From NCBI RefSeq assembly GCF_054482595.1, contig NZ_CM137008.1: DNA of 64,000 nucleotides; one strand, given 5' to 3'. This document shows positions 36,532 to 46,344 of the stretch, piece after piece (position 1 is the stretch's first letter; every line of letters begins with the position of its first letter). The notes under the pieces were generated by a model, which was not told where the DNA came from, searched no databases, and was given only the letters and a program-made list of their open reading frames with translations. The translations under genes were made by a program, and so were the position numbers.

Positions 36532-37728
36532 TTAAGGTGCTACAGCGTGTTTGCCTTCCCAGACAACTTCGCGGTAGTGCTTCACGTCGGTGTCGCCTTC
36601 GGTGCTGATAACCAGCACCACGGCATCTTTGTTCAGCGCCAGTTTTTCCATCAGGCTTTGACGTTGCGGGTGATAATGAACCGCCGCGAGAACGCCCAAA
36701 CCGACAGCGCCGGATTCACCGGAGATAATGCGCGGGTCGTTGCCGTACGGATTACCCAGCACGCGCATACCTAATGCGGCAACGCTGTCCTGGCAGGAGA
36801 TGAATTGGGTGGCGCAGTTACGTAGGATTTCCCAGCCCAGCGGGTTAGGTTCGCCACAGGCCAGGCCCGCCATGATGGTGGCCATATCACCGCCAACGTT
36901 GACGATGTCGCCTTTGACGCCGGAGCGATAAATACAGTCAGCTTTGTCAGGTTCAACAATAATGCTGTGCAGATTTTGCGGGCTATAGACGTCGACCAGA
37001 TAACCCAGCACACCACCGGCCATTGCTCCGACACCGGCTTGCAGCAGAACGTGCGTCGGGGTTACGCCCATTTCACGCATTTGCTCGACGGCTTCATCTG
37101 CCAGGGTTGCGTAGCCTTGCATGATCCAGGTTGGGATTTTGGTGTAACCTTCCCATGCCGTGTCCTGTACCACTTCCCAGCCGTGCTGCTGCGCGTGTTG
37201 CATGGTCAGGCGAACGGTATCGTCATAGTTCATATCCGTGACGATGCACTCGGCACCGAGGTTCAGAATGGCGTCAACGCGTTCCTGAGCAGAACCTTTC
37301 GGCATGTAAATCACCGCATTCTGTCCGAGTTGCTGCGCTGCCCACGCCACACCGCGCCCGTGGTTGCCGTCGGTGGTGGTCGCGAAAGTCATTTTTTCGC
37401 CGATGGCATTTTTCAGGTGCTCAAATGACAGCGTTTCGATATCAAGATGATATTTTTCACACAATAATTGAGCGATAGCGTACGCACCGCCGAGCATTTT
37501 GAAGGCGTTCAGACCGAATCGTTTTGATTCGTCTTTGACAAGAATTTTCTTCACACCAAAAAGGTTTGCGAGATCGTCCAGCGCACAAAGCGGTGTTGGG
37601 CGATAACCAGCTATTTTCTGGTGGAACTGGCGCGCCAGTTTGGCCTGGCTTTGCGAAAAGAGCGGTGATGTTTCGCCGTTGAAAAATTTGTTATCGGCGA
37701 TATCAATCTTCAATGAGAAAACGGACAT
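36532..37728 (-). CDS. ygeX: 2,3-diaminopropionate ammonia-lyase (PLP-dependent)
   Basis: 398-aa ORF; K-12 synteny (ygeX/dpaL). Confidence 0.9.
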   Translation of the reverse strand: MSVFSLKIDIADNKFFNGETSPLFSQSQAKLARQFHQKIAGYRPTPLCALDDLANLFGVKKILVKDESKRFGLNAFKMLGGAYAIAQLLCEKYHLDIETLSFEHLKNAIGEKMTFATTTDGNHGRGVAWAAQQLGQNAVIYMPKGSAQERVDAILNLGAECIVTDMNYDDTVRLTMQHAQQHGWEVVQDTAWEGYTKIPTWIMQGYATLADEAVEQMREMGVTPTHVLLQAGVGAMAGGVLGYLVDVYSPQNLHSIIVEPDKADCIYRSGVKGDIVNVGGDMATIMAGLACGEPNPLGWEILRNCATQFISCQDSVAALGMRVLGNPYGNDPRIISGESGAVGLGVLAAVHYHPQRQSLMEKLALNKDAVVLVISTEGDTDVKHYREVVWEGKHAVAP

Positions 37729-37785
37729 ATCCTATCCTTTTGGCCTCTGGAAATAGAGGGCCGACCAGCTGATCGGCCCGAGGGG

Positions 37786-38976
37786 TTATTTCACGCGTTC
37801 TTGCGCTTCTTTCAGCAGTTGCTCGAGCAGTGCACCTGGTTTGGCGTATTTACGGGACAGGATCATCGCGGCGATGATATAAGGCTTCCAGCTGGCTTCT
37901 TTGTAGGTAGCGATACGGTATTTTTCGAATACGCCTTCAGTCACTTCACCTTCTTTACAGGATACGCCGCTGATATCAGCTGGCAGGCAGTGCATGTACA
38001 GGGCTTCGCCATCACGGGTCAGTTCCATCATCTCTTCAGTACAATGCCAGTCTTTGTGTTGCGCGTTCTGTGCCAGACACTGTTTTTCCAGTGCTTTTAA
38101 GCCTTCGTGATCGTTCGCACGCAGCAATTCAGTACGCTCTTCCATCACTTTGTAAGGTGCCCATGACTTCGGATAAACGATGTCTGCGTCTTTGAAGGCT
38201 TCTTCCATGCTGGTGACCTGACGGAAGCTACCGCCGGAGGCTTTAGCATTGTTTTTAGCGACTTCAACGACATCCGGGATCAGGTCGTAGCCTTCCGGAT
38301 GGGCCAGGGTGACATCCATACCGAAGCGAGTCATCAGACCGATGATGCCTTGTGGTACAGAGAGCGGTTTGCCATAGCTTGGGGAGTAGGCCCAGGTCAT
38401 GGCGATTTTTTTACCTTTCAGGTTTTCCAGTGAACCAAAGTGTTCACGTAACCATGCCAGGTCAGCCATTGACTGAGTCGGGTGGTCAATATCGCATTGC
38501 AGGTTCACTAAAGCCGGACGTTGCGGCAGCACACCCTGCTTGTAACCGTCATCAAGTGCAGCGCCAACTTCACGCATATAGGCGTTGCCTGCGCCCAGAT
38601 ACATATCGTCGCGAATACCAATAGCGTCGGCGCAGAAGGAGATCATATTGGCGGTTTCACGCACGGTTTCGCCGTGAGCGATTTGTGATTTGCCTTCGTC
38701 GAGATCTTGCTGTGCAAGGCCGAGCAGGTTAAGCGCGGAAGCATAAGAGAAGCGGGTACGGGTGGAGTTGTCGCGGAATACGGAAATACCTAATCCACTA
38801 TTAAAGACTTTGGTTGAGATGTTTTCAGCACGCAGTGCTTTTAATGCTGCGGCAACGTCCAGTACTTGTTTCAGTTCATCTGGCGTCTGTTCCCACGTTA
38901 ACAAAAAATCTTTCTCGTGAAGGTGAGAAGTCAGCGAATTGATATCCTTAATCAGCTCATTAACAGTTTTCATCAT
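37786..38976 (-). CDS. ygeW: Carbamoyltransferase (ATCase/OTCase-family) YgeW
   Basis: 396-aa ORF with STRTR carbamoyl-phosphate-binding motif (DNSTRTRFS). Confidence 0.9.
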   Translation of the reverse strand: MMKTVNELIKDINSLTSHLHEKDFLLTWEQTPDELKQVLDVAAALKALRAENISTKVFNSGLGISVFRDNSTRTRFSYASALNLLGLAQQDLDEGKSQIAHGETVRETANMISFCADAIGIRDDMYLGAGNAYMREVGAALDDGYKQGVLPQRPALVNLQCDIDHPTQSMADLAWLREHFGSLENLKGKKIAMTWAYSPSYGKPLSVPQGIIGLMTRFGMDVTLAHPEGYDLIPDVVEVAKNNAKASGGSFRQVTSMEEAFKDADIVYPKSWAPYKVMEERTELLRANDHEGLKALEKQCLAQNAQHKDWHCTEEMMELTRDGEALYMHCLPADISGVSCKEGEVTEGVFEKYRIATYKEASWKPYIIAAMILSRKYAKPGALLEQLLKEAQERVK

Positions 38977-39451
38977 AAAGTCCCGGTAGTGGAATGACAG
39001 GCAAAGTGGTTTATTTCACTGTGACTTGCCAAAGTGATTGGTGTTTTCACAGCTATACCTGGGACTAACAATAAGTGTGCCAGAATTATCCACGGGGCTG
39101 CAAAAGACTAATTTGACGGATAATGTGTGGGGTTGATCACAAATTGATGCCAGCTTCCGGTTGTTTGTAAAATACGAAAACGTTTGGCTTTTTTTATCGC
39201 GTTATTTATTTGCTGCTAAGTATCAGAAATAAGATAAAGGGACAGGCGATCTCTCTTCAGTTTGATAAACTCACCGCCGTAATTCTCATATTGATATAGA
39301 AATGTGATATCTCTTCCATAATTTTATTAGAAAGTGATAAAAATCTTATGTTTTTATCAAAGCCAATTTCGCCTGAGTTAATATCATCATGATCTGTGAA
39401 CCATCAACGTCTTCAATGATCGACTTTTAAGTAAGTCTGGAAGGTAAAGCT

Positions 39452-41230
39452 ATGGAGCTTGCTACTACGCAGTCAGTATTGATGCAAATTCAACCGACAA
39501 TTCAGCGTTTTGCCAGAATGCTTGCCAGCGTTTTGCAGCTTGAGGTTGAGATCGTTGATGAAAACTTGTGTCGCGTCGCCGGAACTGGCGCGTATGGGAA
39601 GTTTCTTGGTCGCCAGTTGAGCGGCAACTCACGCCTGCTCCGCCACGTCCTGGAAACGAAAACTGAAAAAGTTGTGACACAGTCTCGCTTCGATCCCCTT
39701 TGCGAAGGTTGCGATAGTAAAGAAAATTGCCGCGAAAAAGCATTTCTGGGTACGCCTGTCATTTTACAGGATCGTTGTGTTGGGGTGATAAGTTTGATTG
39801 CCGTTACCCACGAGCAACAAGAGCATATCAGTGATAATTTACGCGAATTTTCTGATTATGTTCGTCATATATCCACCATTTTTGTTTCGAAACTTCTGGA
39901 GGATCAGGGGCCAGGAGATAACATCAGTAAAATATTCGCGACCATGATCGATAATATGGATCAGGGCGTATTAGTTGTAGATGACGAAAATCGGGTTCAG
40001 TTTGTTAATCAGACTGCCTTAAAAACACTTGGTGTTGTGCAAAATAATATTATTGGGAAACCTATCCGTTTCAGACCATTAACATTTGAGAGTAATTTTA
40101 CCCATGGACATATGCAGCATATTGTTTCGTGGGACGATAAAAGTGAATTAATCATTGGTCAATTGCATAACATTCAGGGCCGACAATTATTTTTAATGGC
40201 GTTTCACCAATCGCATACCAGTTTTTCTGTAGCAAATGCACCTGATGAACCGCATATTGAACAATTGGTTGGCGAGTGCCGTGTTATGCGGCAATTAAAA
40301 CGACTCATTAGCCGTATTGCACCCAGCCCATCCAGCGTTATGGTGGTTGGTGAAAGCGGCACGGGTAAAGAAGTTGTCGCCCGTGCAATCCATAAGTTGA
40401 GCGGAAGACGGAATAAACCCTTTATTGCTATCAACTGTGCCGCGATTCCGGAGCAGCTTCTGGAGAGCGAACTGTTCGGTTATGTTAAAGGCGCATTTAC
40501 TGGCGCTTCTGCCAACGGTAAAACAGGGTTGATTCAGGCGGCGAATACGGGCACGCTGTTTCTCGATGAAATAGGTGATATGCCATTAATGTTGCAGGCT
40601 AAATTACTGCGCGCTATTGAGGCACGTGAAATTCTGCCGATTGGTGCCAGTAGCCCAATACAAGTCGACATTCGCATCATTTCTGCAACTAACCAGAATT
40701 TGGCCCAGTTCATTGCCGAAGGTAAATTCCGCGAAGATCTCTTCTACCGACTTAATGTTATCCCGATAACTCTGCCACCGCTGCGTGAACGTCAGGAAGA
40801 TATTGAACTACTGGTGCATTACTTTTTACATCTGCATACCCGTCGTCTGGGATCGGTTTATCCTGGCATTGCTCCCGATGTCGTCGAAATATTGCGTAAG
40901 CATCGTTGGCCCGGAAACCTGCGCGAGTTAAGCAATTTGATGGAATATCTGGTTAACGTTGTTCCTTCAGGTGAAGTTATCGACAGCACGCTCTTGCCGC
41001 CAAATCTGCTGAATAATGGCACAACGGAGCAAAGTGATGTAACAGAGGTCACTGAGGCACACCTGTCACTCGATGATGCGGGCGGCACGGCGCTGGAGGA
41101 GATGGAAAAGCAAATGATCCGCGAGGCGCTTTCACGTCATAACAGCAAGAAGCAAGTTGCTGATGAACTGGGCATCGGCATTGCTACGCTCTATCGCAAG
41201 ATTAAGAAATATGAGTTGTTAAACACATAA
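39452..41230 (+). CDS. ygeV: Sigma-54-dependent transcriptional activator
   Basis: 592-aa ORF with AAA+ sigma-54 interaction domain (GESGTGKE Walker A, GAFTGA motif) and C-terminal HTH; divergent from ygeW. Confidence 0.93.
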   Translation: MELATTQSVLMQIQPTIQRFARMLASVLQLEVEIVDENLCRVAGTGAYGKFLGRQLSGNSRLLRHVLETKTEKVVTQSRFDPLCEGCDSKENCREKAFLGTPVILQDRCVGVISLIAVTHEQQEHISDNLREFSDYVRHISTIFVSKLLEDQGPGDNISKIFATMIDNMDQGVLVVDDENRVQFVNQTALKTLGVVQNNIIGKPIRFRPLTFESNFTHGHMQHIVSWDDKSELIIGQLHNIQGRQLFLMAFHQSHTSFSVANAPDEPHIEQLVGECRVMRQLKRLISRIAPSPSSVMVVGESGTGKEVVARAIHKLSGRRNKPFIAINCAAIPEQLLESELFGYVKGAFTGASANGKTGLIQAANTGTLFLDEIGDMPLMLQAKLLRAIEAREILPIGASSPIQVDIRIISATNQNLAQFIAEGKFREDLFYRLNVIPITLPPLRERQEDIELLVHYFLHLHTRRLGSVYPGIAPDVVEILRKHRWPGNLRELSNLMEYLVNVVPSGEVIDSTLLPPNLLNNGTTEQSDVTEVTEAHLSLDDAGGTALEEMEKQMIREALSRHNSKKQVADELGIGIATLYRKIKKYELLNT

Positions 41231-41240
41231 CCTCAGTGAA

Positions 41241-41262
41241 TCCGGCCTGAATTCAGGCCGGA
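41241..41262. terminator. Bidirectional terminator hairpin between ygeV and xdhC
   Basis: tccggcctgaa/ttcaggccgga perfect 11-bp palindrome between convergent genes, followed by a T-rich tract. Confidence 0.65.
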
Positions 41263-41269
41263 TATCCTT

Positions 41270-41749
41270 TTACTTCGTTTTCTCGCAATCCAGAACTGTA
41301 TTTACAATCATCTGATACCCCGTGCAGCGACAAAGATTTCCCGCCAGTCCGCGACGAATTTCCGTAATGGTTAATGGCTTCTCGCGTGGTTTCGCCAGCA
41401 TTGCCGTGGTAGCCATAATCAGGCCAGGCGTACAAAACCCGCACTGCACTGCGCCGGATTTCGCATAAGCCTGCTGAACATGAGAAAGTTTTCCGCCTTT
41501 CGCTTCACCTTCCAGCGTGCGGATCTCTTTTCCTTCAGCCCAGGCGGCAAGGTATAAGCAACTGTCTATTGCTGTGCCGTCGACCAGCACCGTACAGGCA
41601 CCACATTCACCCACGCAGCACCCTTGTTTGACACTTAGCAGTCCTTGTTCGCGGAGTAATTCCGAGAGCGGCGTGCCTGGTGCGGCATGAAGCTGAAAAG
41701 GCATCCCGTTAATGGTGCATTCGATGGTAATTGTTTCGCTGTGATTCAT
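41270..41749 (-). CDS. xdhC: Xanthine dehydrogenase Fe-S (2Fe-2S) subunit
   Basis: 159-aa ORF with CxxGxCGxC and CGFC cysteine motifs. Confidence 0.93.
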
Positions 41750-42624
41750 TGCAATTTTCCCCCCGCCGCGGCGACGGCTTCGCTAATCACTTTTTTGGTC
41801 ATCGTCTGGATGAGATGCAGACGAAACTCTTTACTGGCCCGCCATGAAGAACGCGGGGCGACATCTTGCAGGACAGATTCGCTGATAGCTTCCAGCGTTT
41901 GCAGGTTTAATGGCGCATTTTGTGCAGTATGTTCGGCATGTTGGCAGCGAATCGGCGTTGGCGCGGCAACACCAAATGCCAGGCGTAATTCGCTGAAATT
42001 GCCGTTATCCAGTCGGCAATGTGCGGCACAGCCAATCGTTGAAATATCCATTGCGTCGCGCATGGCATATTTAAAATGCGCGCTGCCCACGTGTTCTTTC
42101 GGCTGGGGCGGAAAATGAAAGGCGACAAGGATTTCGTCATGCTCAAGAGACACTTTGCCCGGCCCGGTGTGAAAGCCATTAATCGGGACGAAACGAACAC
42201 TGCGTGGGGAGTGGATCTCCAGTTTCGCGTCATAAATGAGCGTTGGCGTGGCAGAATCTGCGCTGGTGGCACCGTTGCAAATATTTCCACCGTAGGTAGC
42301 GACGTTACGGATCTGCGGTCCAGCAATGGACGAGGCCGCAGCACATAACGCCGGGAGATGACGTTGAGTTATAGGATCTTCTATTAGCTGGGTAAATGTC
42401 GTTGCAGAGCCGATACGTAGCGAGCCATCTTCCGCCAGCGTAATTCCCCGCAGCTCCGCCAGATTATGAATATCAACAATATGGCGATAACGGTCATTGT
42501 GATGGTGGAGCTGAATCAGTACGTCAGTGCCACCGGCGAGCAGTTTGGCCTGCGGGTTGTCAGCCAGCAGGTTGATGGCATCGGCAAGGGTTGCTGCGCG
42601 ATGGTAAGAAGCAAAATCAAACAT
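41746..42624 (-). CDS. xdhB: Xanthine dehydrogenase FAD-binding subunit
   Basis: 292-aa ORF; 4-nt overlap with xdhC; K-12 synteny. Confidence 0.93.
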
Positions 42625-42634
42625 GATGTTATCC

Positions 42635-44893
42635 TCAAATCAATCCTGCCAGATGAAACTCTTCATATAACCGTTTTGGCGTCAGCGGCAGTGTATTGAT
42701 TGCAACACCGGTAGCCATCTTCACCGCGTTACGAATAGCTGCGGCAACAGGAATTATTGGTGGCTCACCCAGTGACTTATGTCCGTATGCGGATTGCGGC
42801 TCATTGATTTCGACGAACGCGCTTTCCAGTTGTGGCAGATCCGGCATGGTCGGCATTTTGTAATCCAGCAGATTGGGGTTACGGACCACGCCGCTTTTCG
42901 CATCGATGATCATCTCTTCAAATAGCGCCCAGCCAATGCCCATTCCCATTCCGCCGTGTACCTGACCTTCTGCCAGCAGCGGATTTAGAATATGCCCCGA
43001 ATCATGAACGTTGAGGATGCGGTTGATGGTGACTTTGCACAGCGCAATATCGACCGTCAGATCAACAAAGGTACAGCCGAACGCCGGTGGGTTAGTGGTG
43101 GTTTTGATGGAGCTTTCAGCAGAGAGCTGCCCGCCGCGTTCAGGGTGGTAGAAAGCGTCCATCGCCAAATCTTTTAACGACATTAACGGCTCTTCCGGTC
43201 GTTCAACCAGCACGATATGGCCTTTTATCAGGGTCAGATTCATCTCTGACTGATGTAGCATGACTGCGGCGTGAGCGATGATTTTCTCTTTTAATAACAG
43301 TGCCGCACTGCGCAGCGCAGGCGCAGCAACATAGCTCTGACGTGAGGCAAATGCGCCGGGATCGAATGGCGTAACGTCGGTATCTTGTGTTGAAATAACG
43401 CGAACGTCGCTGACCGGAACCCCCACGGTTTCTGCCACCATTTGCGAGAAGACGGTGTCGGCACCCTGACCGATTTCCGTCGCGCCGCTTTGCACGTTGA
43501 TGGTTCCATCCTGATTCATCAGAAGGCGCGCGCCTGCTATTTCTACGCCGACAGGCCAGGTATTAGAGGTGTAGCTAAAACAGGCGACGCCAACGCCGCG
43601 GCGTAAATTGCCTTGCTGGTTCTGGCATTCTGCACGGCGTTTTTCCCATTCAAAGATTTTCCGGCCTTTTTCAAGACACTCCGGCAACCCTGCGCTGTAA
43701 ATACGTTTGCCCGTGAGCGGATTAGCATCTCCTTCGCGGGCGGCGTTGCGTAAACGAATTTCAACAGGATCAATACCTAACGCTGTCGCGGCGTCATCAA
43801 GCATAGACTCAACGGCAAATACGACTTGTGGCGCGCCATAACCACGCATCGCACCAGCCGAGGGGAGGTTGGTATAGCAGGTCTTTGAACTGTAAGCGTA
43901 GGCACAACGAGGATAAAGGTAAGCGACTTTATTCCCCCCCGCAGAAGCGATGGAGTGCCCGTGAGATGCATAAGCGCCGGTGTTAGACAGAACATCCAGA
44001 CTATAACCTTTCAATGTTCCGTCGCGGTTCACGCCCATTTGCCCGTCAATAGTAAAAGCGTGGCGGGTACGGGTTGCGAGGAAACACTCTTCACGGCTAA
44101 GGGAAACTTTCACCGGAATGCCGCCAAGCTTGCTGGTCAGGAATGCCGCCATTGGCTCTTCCAGTACATCCTGTTTATTACCAAAACCGCCACCGACAAA
44201 TGGTTTGATGACTCGTACGCATGACCAGGGAATATCCAGCGCCTGACCAACCACGCGGCGAACAATGTGCGGGATCTGGGTGCTGGAAACGATGGTAATT
44301 CGCGAGTCATCCTCCATCCACGCCAGCGATGTTACGCTTTCCATGTGACAATGTTGAATAACGGGAGTCTGATAGTGCCCCTGTACCTGGTAGTCGGCGG
44401 CATCGATTGTTTGTTGGACATTGCCCGTCGACATCGTGCTTTGTTTCAGTAAATTGCCGCCGTTATGGATTGGTGCAGCGTCCTCTGCCAGCGCCGCTTC
44501 TGGCGTGGTGATAACGGGTAATTCTTGCCACTCAATGCTGACCAATTGCGCCGCTTTTTCTGCCGTGAGTTCATCGCGGGCCACGACGATGGCAACGGCG
44601 TCACCATGATGACGAACATGGCGAGTTAGCAGTGCGCGATCGGCGGTATCGCGCTTGTTTTCGTCAAGTGTCCATGCATGCCCAGCTGTAGCGAATGGGA
44701 TATCAGGCACATCTTCCCAGGTAAAAATCGCCAGTACGCCTGGTAAACTTCTGGCTTGTTCATCATTAATACTTACGGCATAACCATGTGCGATAGGGCT
44801 ACGTACATATTTCGCATAACACATGCCCGCCATAACATAATCGTCAGTATATCGTGCCCGCCCGGTGACCTTAGCAATGGCATCAACGCGCAT
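42635..44893 (-). CDS. xdhA: Xanthine dehydrogenase molybdenum-binding subunit
   Basis: Supplied ORF 42635-44932; start trimmed to MRVDAIAKVTGRARYTDDY (752 aa). Confidence 0.93.
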   Translation of the reverse strand: MRVDAIAKVTGRARYTDDYVMAGMCYAKYVRSPIAHGYAVSINDEQARSLPGVLAIFTWEDVPDIPFATAGHAWTLDENKRDTADRALLTRHVRHHGDAVAIVVARDELTAEKAAQLVSIEWQELPVITTPEAALAEDAAPIHNGGNLLKQSTMSTGNVQQTIDAADYQVQGHYQTPVIQHCHMESVTSLAWMEDDSRITIVSSTQIPHIVRRVVGQALDIPWSCVRVIKPFVGGGFGNKQDVLEEPMAAFLTSKLGGIPVKVSLSREECFLATRTRHAFTIDGQMGVNRDGTLKGYSLDVLSNTGAYASHGHSIASAGGNKVAYLYPRCAYAYSSKTCYTNLPSAGAMRGYGAPQVVFAVESMLDDAATALGIDPVEIRLRNAAREGDANPLTGKRIYSAGLPECLEKGRKIFEWEKRRAECQNQQGNLRRGVGVACFSYTSNTWPVGVEIAGARLLMNQDGTINVQSGATEIGQGADTVFSQMVAETVGVPVSDVRVISTQDTDVTPFDPGAFASRQSYVAAPALRSAALLLKEKIIAHAAVMLHQSEMNLTLIKGHIVLVERPEEPLMSLKDLAMDAFYHPERGGQLSAESSIKTTTNPPAFGCTFVDLTVDIALCKVTINRILNVHDSGHILNPLLAEGQVHGGMGMGIGWALFEEMIIDAKSGVVRNPNLLDYKMPTMPDLPQLESAFVEINEPQSAYGHKSLGEPPIIPVAAAIRNAVKMATGVAINTLPLTPKRLYEEFHLAGLI

Positions 44894-45347
44894 GCATGAT
44901 TCACCCGTAGCGGTTGCTTCCCGCGCTTCCATAGAAATCCCCTCGATTTGAACATTTGGTTCTTATGGCAAAGATTTAGTCTAAGCAGGCAAGATTTACG
45001 CCAGAAACGACGATAAGCGTTAGGGGAGGAAGGAAGTGTGATGACGTTAAAAAAACACAGATATGATACGAAACAGGACTCTGAATAGGGGCAGTGATAC
45101 GTATCAATATGAGTGGCGATAAAATCAATGTGATAAATTGGGATTATTACGCATCAGGATGGGAAATAGGGTAAAAAAGTCAGGAAATTCGATACCTCTA
45201 CAGTGAATATTTTGCTGATGATACTTCCCTTTGCCAAATGAAATTAACCTCTTTCTCTATTACCGCGTTTTTCCAGAAGCAAGAGATTGGGTATCAAGAG
45301 GCTGGCTGCTATGATATGGCGTCTTGTTTTTTAAGCGAGGAAAGATT

Positions 45348-46103
45348 TTGAGTGCGGGACGCCTGAATAAAAAATCTCTGGGTATCGTGATGTTGTTATC
45401 GGTTGGACTGCTTTTGGTGGGCTGTTCGGGTAGCAAATCATCCGATACAGGAACGTATTCCGGCTCCGTTTACACCGTGAAACGGGGGGATACGCTATAT
45501 CGTATTTCGCGCACCACGGGAACCAGCGTAAAAGAGCTGGCGCGACTGAACGGCATTTCCCCCCCTTACACCATTGAAGTTGGTCAGAAACTAAAACTGG
45601 GTGGGGCGAAAAGTAGCAGTAGTACACGTAAATCAACCGCCAAATCAACGACCAAAACCGCATCGGTTACACCGTCATCAGCGGTACCGAAATCTTCCTG
45701 GCCGCCAGTAGGGCAACGTTGTTGGTTATGGCCAACGACAGGGAAAGTTATCATGCCGTATTCGACAGCAGATGGCGGCAATAAAGGGATTGATATCTCA
45801 GCTCCACGGGGTACACCTATTTACGCCGCGGGTGCAGGAAAGGTGGTGTATGTGGGCAACCAGCTGCGTGGCTACGGTAATCTCATCATGATTAAACACA
45901 GTGAAGATTACATTACGGCTTACGCCCATAATGACACGATGCTGGTAAATAATGGGCAAAGCGTGAAGGCTGGGCAAAAAATCGCCACCATGGGGAGCAC
46001 GGATGCGGCATCTGTTCGCCTGCATTTCCAGATTCGTTACCGTGCAACGGCAATTGATCCGCTACGTTACTTGCCGCCGCAGGGCAGCAAGCCAAAATGC
46101 TGA
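45348..46103 (+). CDS. ygeR: LysM / M23-peptidase-family lipoprotein (amidase activator)
   Basis: Supplied ORF 45324-46103; probable TTG start at 45348 (LSAGRLNKKSLGIVMLLSVGLLLVGCSG lipobox), LysM and C-terminal M23-like domain. Confidence 0.88.
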   Translation: MSAGRLNKKSLGIVMLLSVGLLLVGCSGSKSSDTGTYSGSVYTVKRGDTLYRISRTTGTSVKELARLNGISPPYTIEVGQKLKLGGAKSSSSTRKSTAKSTTKTASVTPSSAVPKSSWPPVGQRCWLWPTTGKVIMPYSTADGGNKGIDISAPRGTPIYAAGAGKVVYVGNQLRGYGNLIMIKHSEDYITAYAHNDTMLVNNGQSVKAGQKIATMGSTDAASVRLHFQIRYRATAIDPLRYLPPQGSKPKC

Positions 46104-46136
46104 TGGCGAATTAATCAGCAGTCAGCAGCGCGGCAC

Positions 46137-46164
46137 TTGCTAAGGAGAGCGTAAGGTTTATAAT
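46137..46164 (+). promoter_or_regulatory. Candidate sigma-70 promoter of glyU
   Basis: TTGCTA (46137-46142), 16-nt spacer, TATAAT (46159-46164), about 18 nt upstream of the mature tRNA 5' end. Confidence 0.55.
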
Positions 46165-46181
46165 GCCTTACGCATCTCGAA

Positions 46182-46255
46182 GCGGGCGTAGTTCAATGGT
46201 AGAACGAGAGCTTCCCAAGCTCTATACGAGGGTTCGATTCCCTTCGCCCGCTCCA
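46182..46255 (+). tRNA. glyU: tRNA-Gly (anticodon CCC)
   Basis: 74 nt: 7-bp acceptor stem GCGGGCG/CGCCCGC, anticodon loop CTTCCCAAG, T-loop GGTTCGATTCC, 3' CCA encoded. Confidence 0.95.
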
Positions 46256-46344
46256 AAACTTCCCTAACGTATTCATTCCACTATCTTTTTCTAAACTATA
46301 CGTGACGGCGCTCGTGATCCTCCTACAAAGGGGTCATACAGCCG

